The position numbers and the translations under genes were made by a program. Positions 62,180 to 64,000 of a stretch of 64,000 bases of DNA are shown one piece after another. Below the pieces are notes generated by a model that made no database searches, was not told the origin of the DNA, and worked only from the letters and a program-made list of their open reading frames with translations. This DNA is from Ignavibacteriota bacterium. Lineage in GTDB: Bacteria; Bacteroidota; Ignavibacteria; UBA10030; UBA6906. Positions within the stretch are counted from its first letter, which is position 1. Each line of letters opens with the position of its first letter. Where the stretch lies: the NCBI GenBank assembly GCA_963801355.1, contig CAWDEM010000004.1, positions 1,593,279-1,657,278 of the forward strand, written 5' to 3'.

Positions 62180-62944
62180 ATCCCGAAATGGGAAATCGGG
62201 CTGTTCCACCCAAAAGGAAGGTTTTGATCAGCGCTCTCCAAACAAGGAGGGCGCGCCTCTTTTCACCTTGACTTCCCCTCGAGCACGGTCGTTTCCCCTA
62301 CCCTTCTCCCTCCGCAAGGCCATCCTACCCAGAAGACCATTCTGAGCCATCCGAAAGCAGGGAGCGGTTTGCTTGGCCGAGAGTAGATTGAAAGAGGAAA
62401 AGCTGATGAAGAAACATCGATTTGAAATTGTAATTACTGTTTTGTCCGGGTGTTTAGAAGAGGCACAGGTGGAAAGGGTCCTTTCACTAGGTAACAACAC
62501 GTAGGACAATTCCTGCACGATCTTTCAGCATTTGTCCTACAGACATTTGACAATCTTCAGCGTATATTGCACGGCAAGTTTGGATAGGTCGAAAGCGGGC
62601 TTCCCGCGTCAGACCTGGAAGCGCACCTGATCTTTGCCTACATCTGCACTCCCTCCTCTTTCGCGGGTATTGTCTTCCGCGTTCACACAATTGTTCCGAA
62701 TAGAATCACTTACTCACATGATGGCTCCCCCGATCATCGAGCCGCAGCCCTGGACACTGTTCTAGTACCTCCGCTATAGAGCCTACCCGACGGCCTGCTG
62801 GCTGGTGATCTCTGGATTCATTGACCAGTCCGTGAAGCTACTGCTCTGCTCGCTGGCGGAGTATTCGGCCAACTTCTGAATGTTCAGTTGTCTCCTTTGT
62901 CGTAGTTCACCACCTTCATCGATGCGATCGAAAGGATACCTCCA

Positions 62945-64000
62945 ATGAAGCTCCTGCCACAGATTGCCAGCTGTACGCTCGTCCTGCTGCTTCCACTCCT
63001 CGGGTGTCAGCGCGCAAGTGACGAAGAAAAGCTCCGCGCGTTTATCACCACACACTTGGAACAAACTGAGCCGCTGATGAAGTCCGGGTTGCTGGCCGAG
63101 TGGAACTCAAACGCCACAGGTGAGAAGAAGTACTACGACGAGATGGCTGCGGCGGAGCTTCGTATCCGCACGATCCTATCAAACCCATCAGACTTTGCGT
63201 TCTTGAAAGCCCTCAAAGAGAAAGGATCGGTGAAAGACCCCCTCCTTCAACGCCAGCTGATCATCCTCTTCAACAACCTTGCACGGAATCAAGTTGATAC
63301 GGCAATGTTGCGTGCGCTGACAGACAAGCAGAGTGCAGTTGCGATGGCCTTCAATACAAACCGGGGTACTCTGGCCGGCGTTGTGAAGAGCGACAACGAA
63401 CTCCAGCAGATTCTTTCCGTTGAACGGAATCAGGACAGGCGTCGCGCGGCCTGGGAAGCACTGAAACAAGTGGGCAAAAAGGTCGCTCCCATGCTGATCG
63501 ATCTGGCCAAACTCCGCAATCAGATTGCCCGACAACTCGGATTTGAGAACTATTACATGATGATGCTTGCCACCGACGAACAGGACCCGGGCGAGGTCTT
63601 GAAGGTCTTCGACGAACTGGCAACGCTGACCGAAGCCCCTTTCCTTTCGGTGAAGCAATCGCTGGATGGGGAACTGGCAAAACTATTCGGCATCGCACCT
63701 GCGCGCCTCGCTCCTGGCACTACGAAGATCAGTTCTTTCAGGAAGCCCCAACGGGCGAGGGGATCAATCTGGATCTACTCGTGAAGGGGAAGAATGTCGA
63801 AGCGGTGGCCAGGGATTTCTTCGGTGGTATAGGCCTTCAGGCGGACGACATCCTGGATCGCAGCGATCTCACCCCCCGTGCTGGAAAGTACCAACACGCA
63901 TATGAGGTAGACATCGATCGCCAAGGCGATGTCCGCACAATGTGCAACTTGTCTGACAACATGTACTGGCTCGGCACACTTCTGCACGAGCTCGGGCATG
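62945..64000 (+). CDS. M2/M3-type zinc metallopeptidase lipoprotein, partial, with a frameshift near 63713
   Basis: Lipobox LLGC; LRNQIARQLGFENYY; after the shift WHYEDQFFQEAP...LLHELGH at window end. Confidence 0.8.

Noticed and set aside
62406-62504. 32-aa ORF MKKHRFEIVITVLSGC... with weak RBS
   Set aside because: No recognisable features or context; could be chance

Overview
High-GC bacterial chromosomal window, most consistent with an Ignavibacteria/Bacteroidota-related lineage (inferred from the Bacteroidota/fungal-type IlvC, fused E1 alpha-beta and folP-cdaA linkage). From left to right: the edge of an integrative element (tyrosine integrase at the 3' end of tRNA-Asp); a GH29 fucosidase; a complete ilvD-ilvBN-leuACDB-ilvC operon preceded by an unannotated Ile/Leu/Val-rich leader peptide with attenuator-like helices; a thiolase/DUF35 pair; gdhA. 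Next is an unusual redox/signalling operon: Tat 4Fe-4S protein, NrfD-like membrane protein, 13-heme cytochrome c, a heme-motif sensor kinase with a Cys-rich insertion in its ATPase domain, and two receiver-GcvH-like fusions. It is divergent from an atypical NtrC-type activator and a lipoate/2-oxoacid dehydrogenase cluster. Then rplM-rpsI-rpsB-tsf-pyrH-frr, pspC/liaF-like genes, polA, a hybrid Isc/Suf operon with an unknown 94-aa gene, a possible dual-start SOD and IscX, folP-cdaA-pcm-miaA, tRNA-Pro flanked by interrupted and decayed copies, and a frameshifted M2/M3-type peptidase running off the window. The best candidate for an undescribed system is the receiver-GcvH / heme-kinase / multiheme module at 22100-30952. 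All calls come from reading the sequence; no database searches were run.
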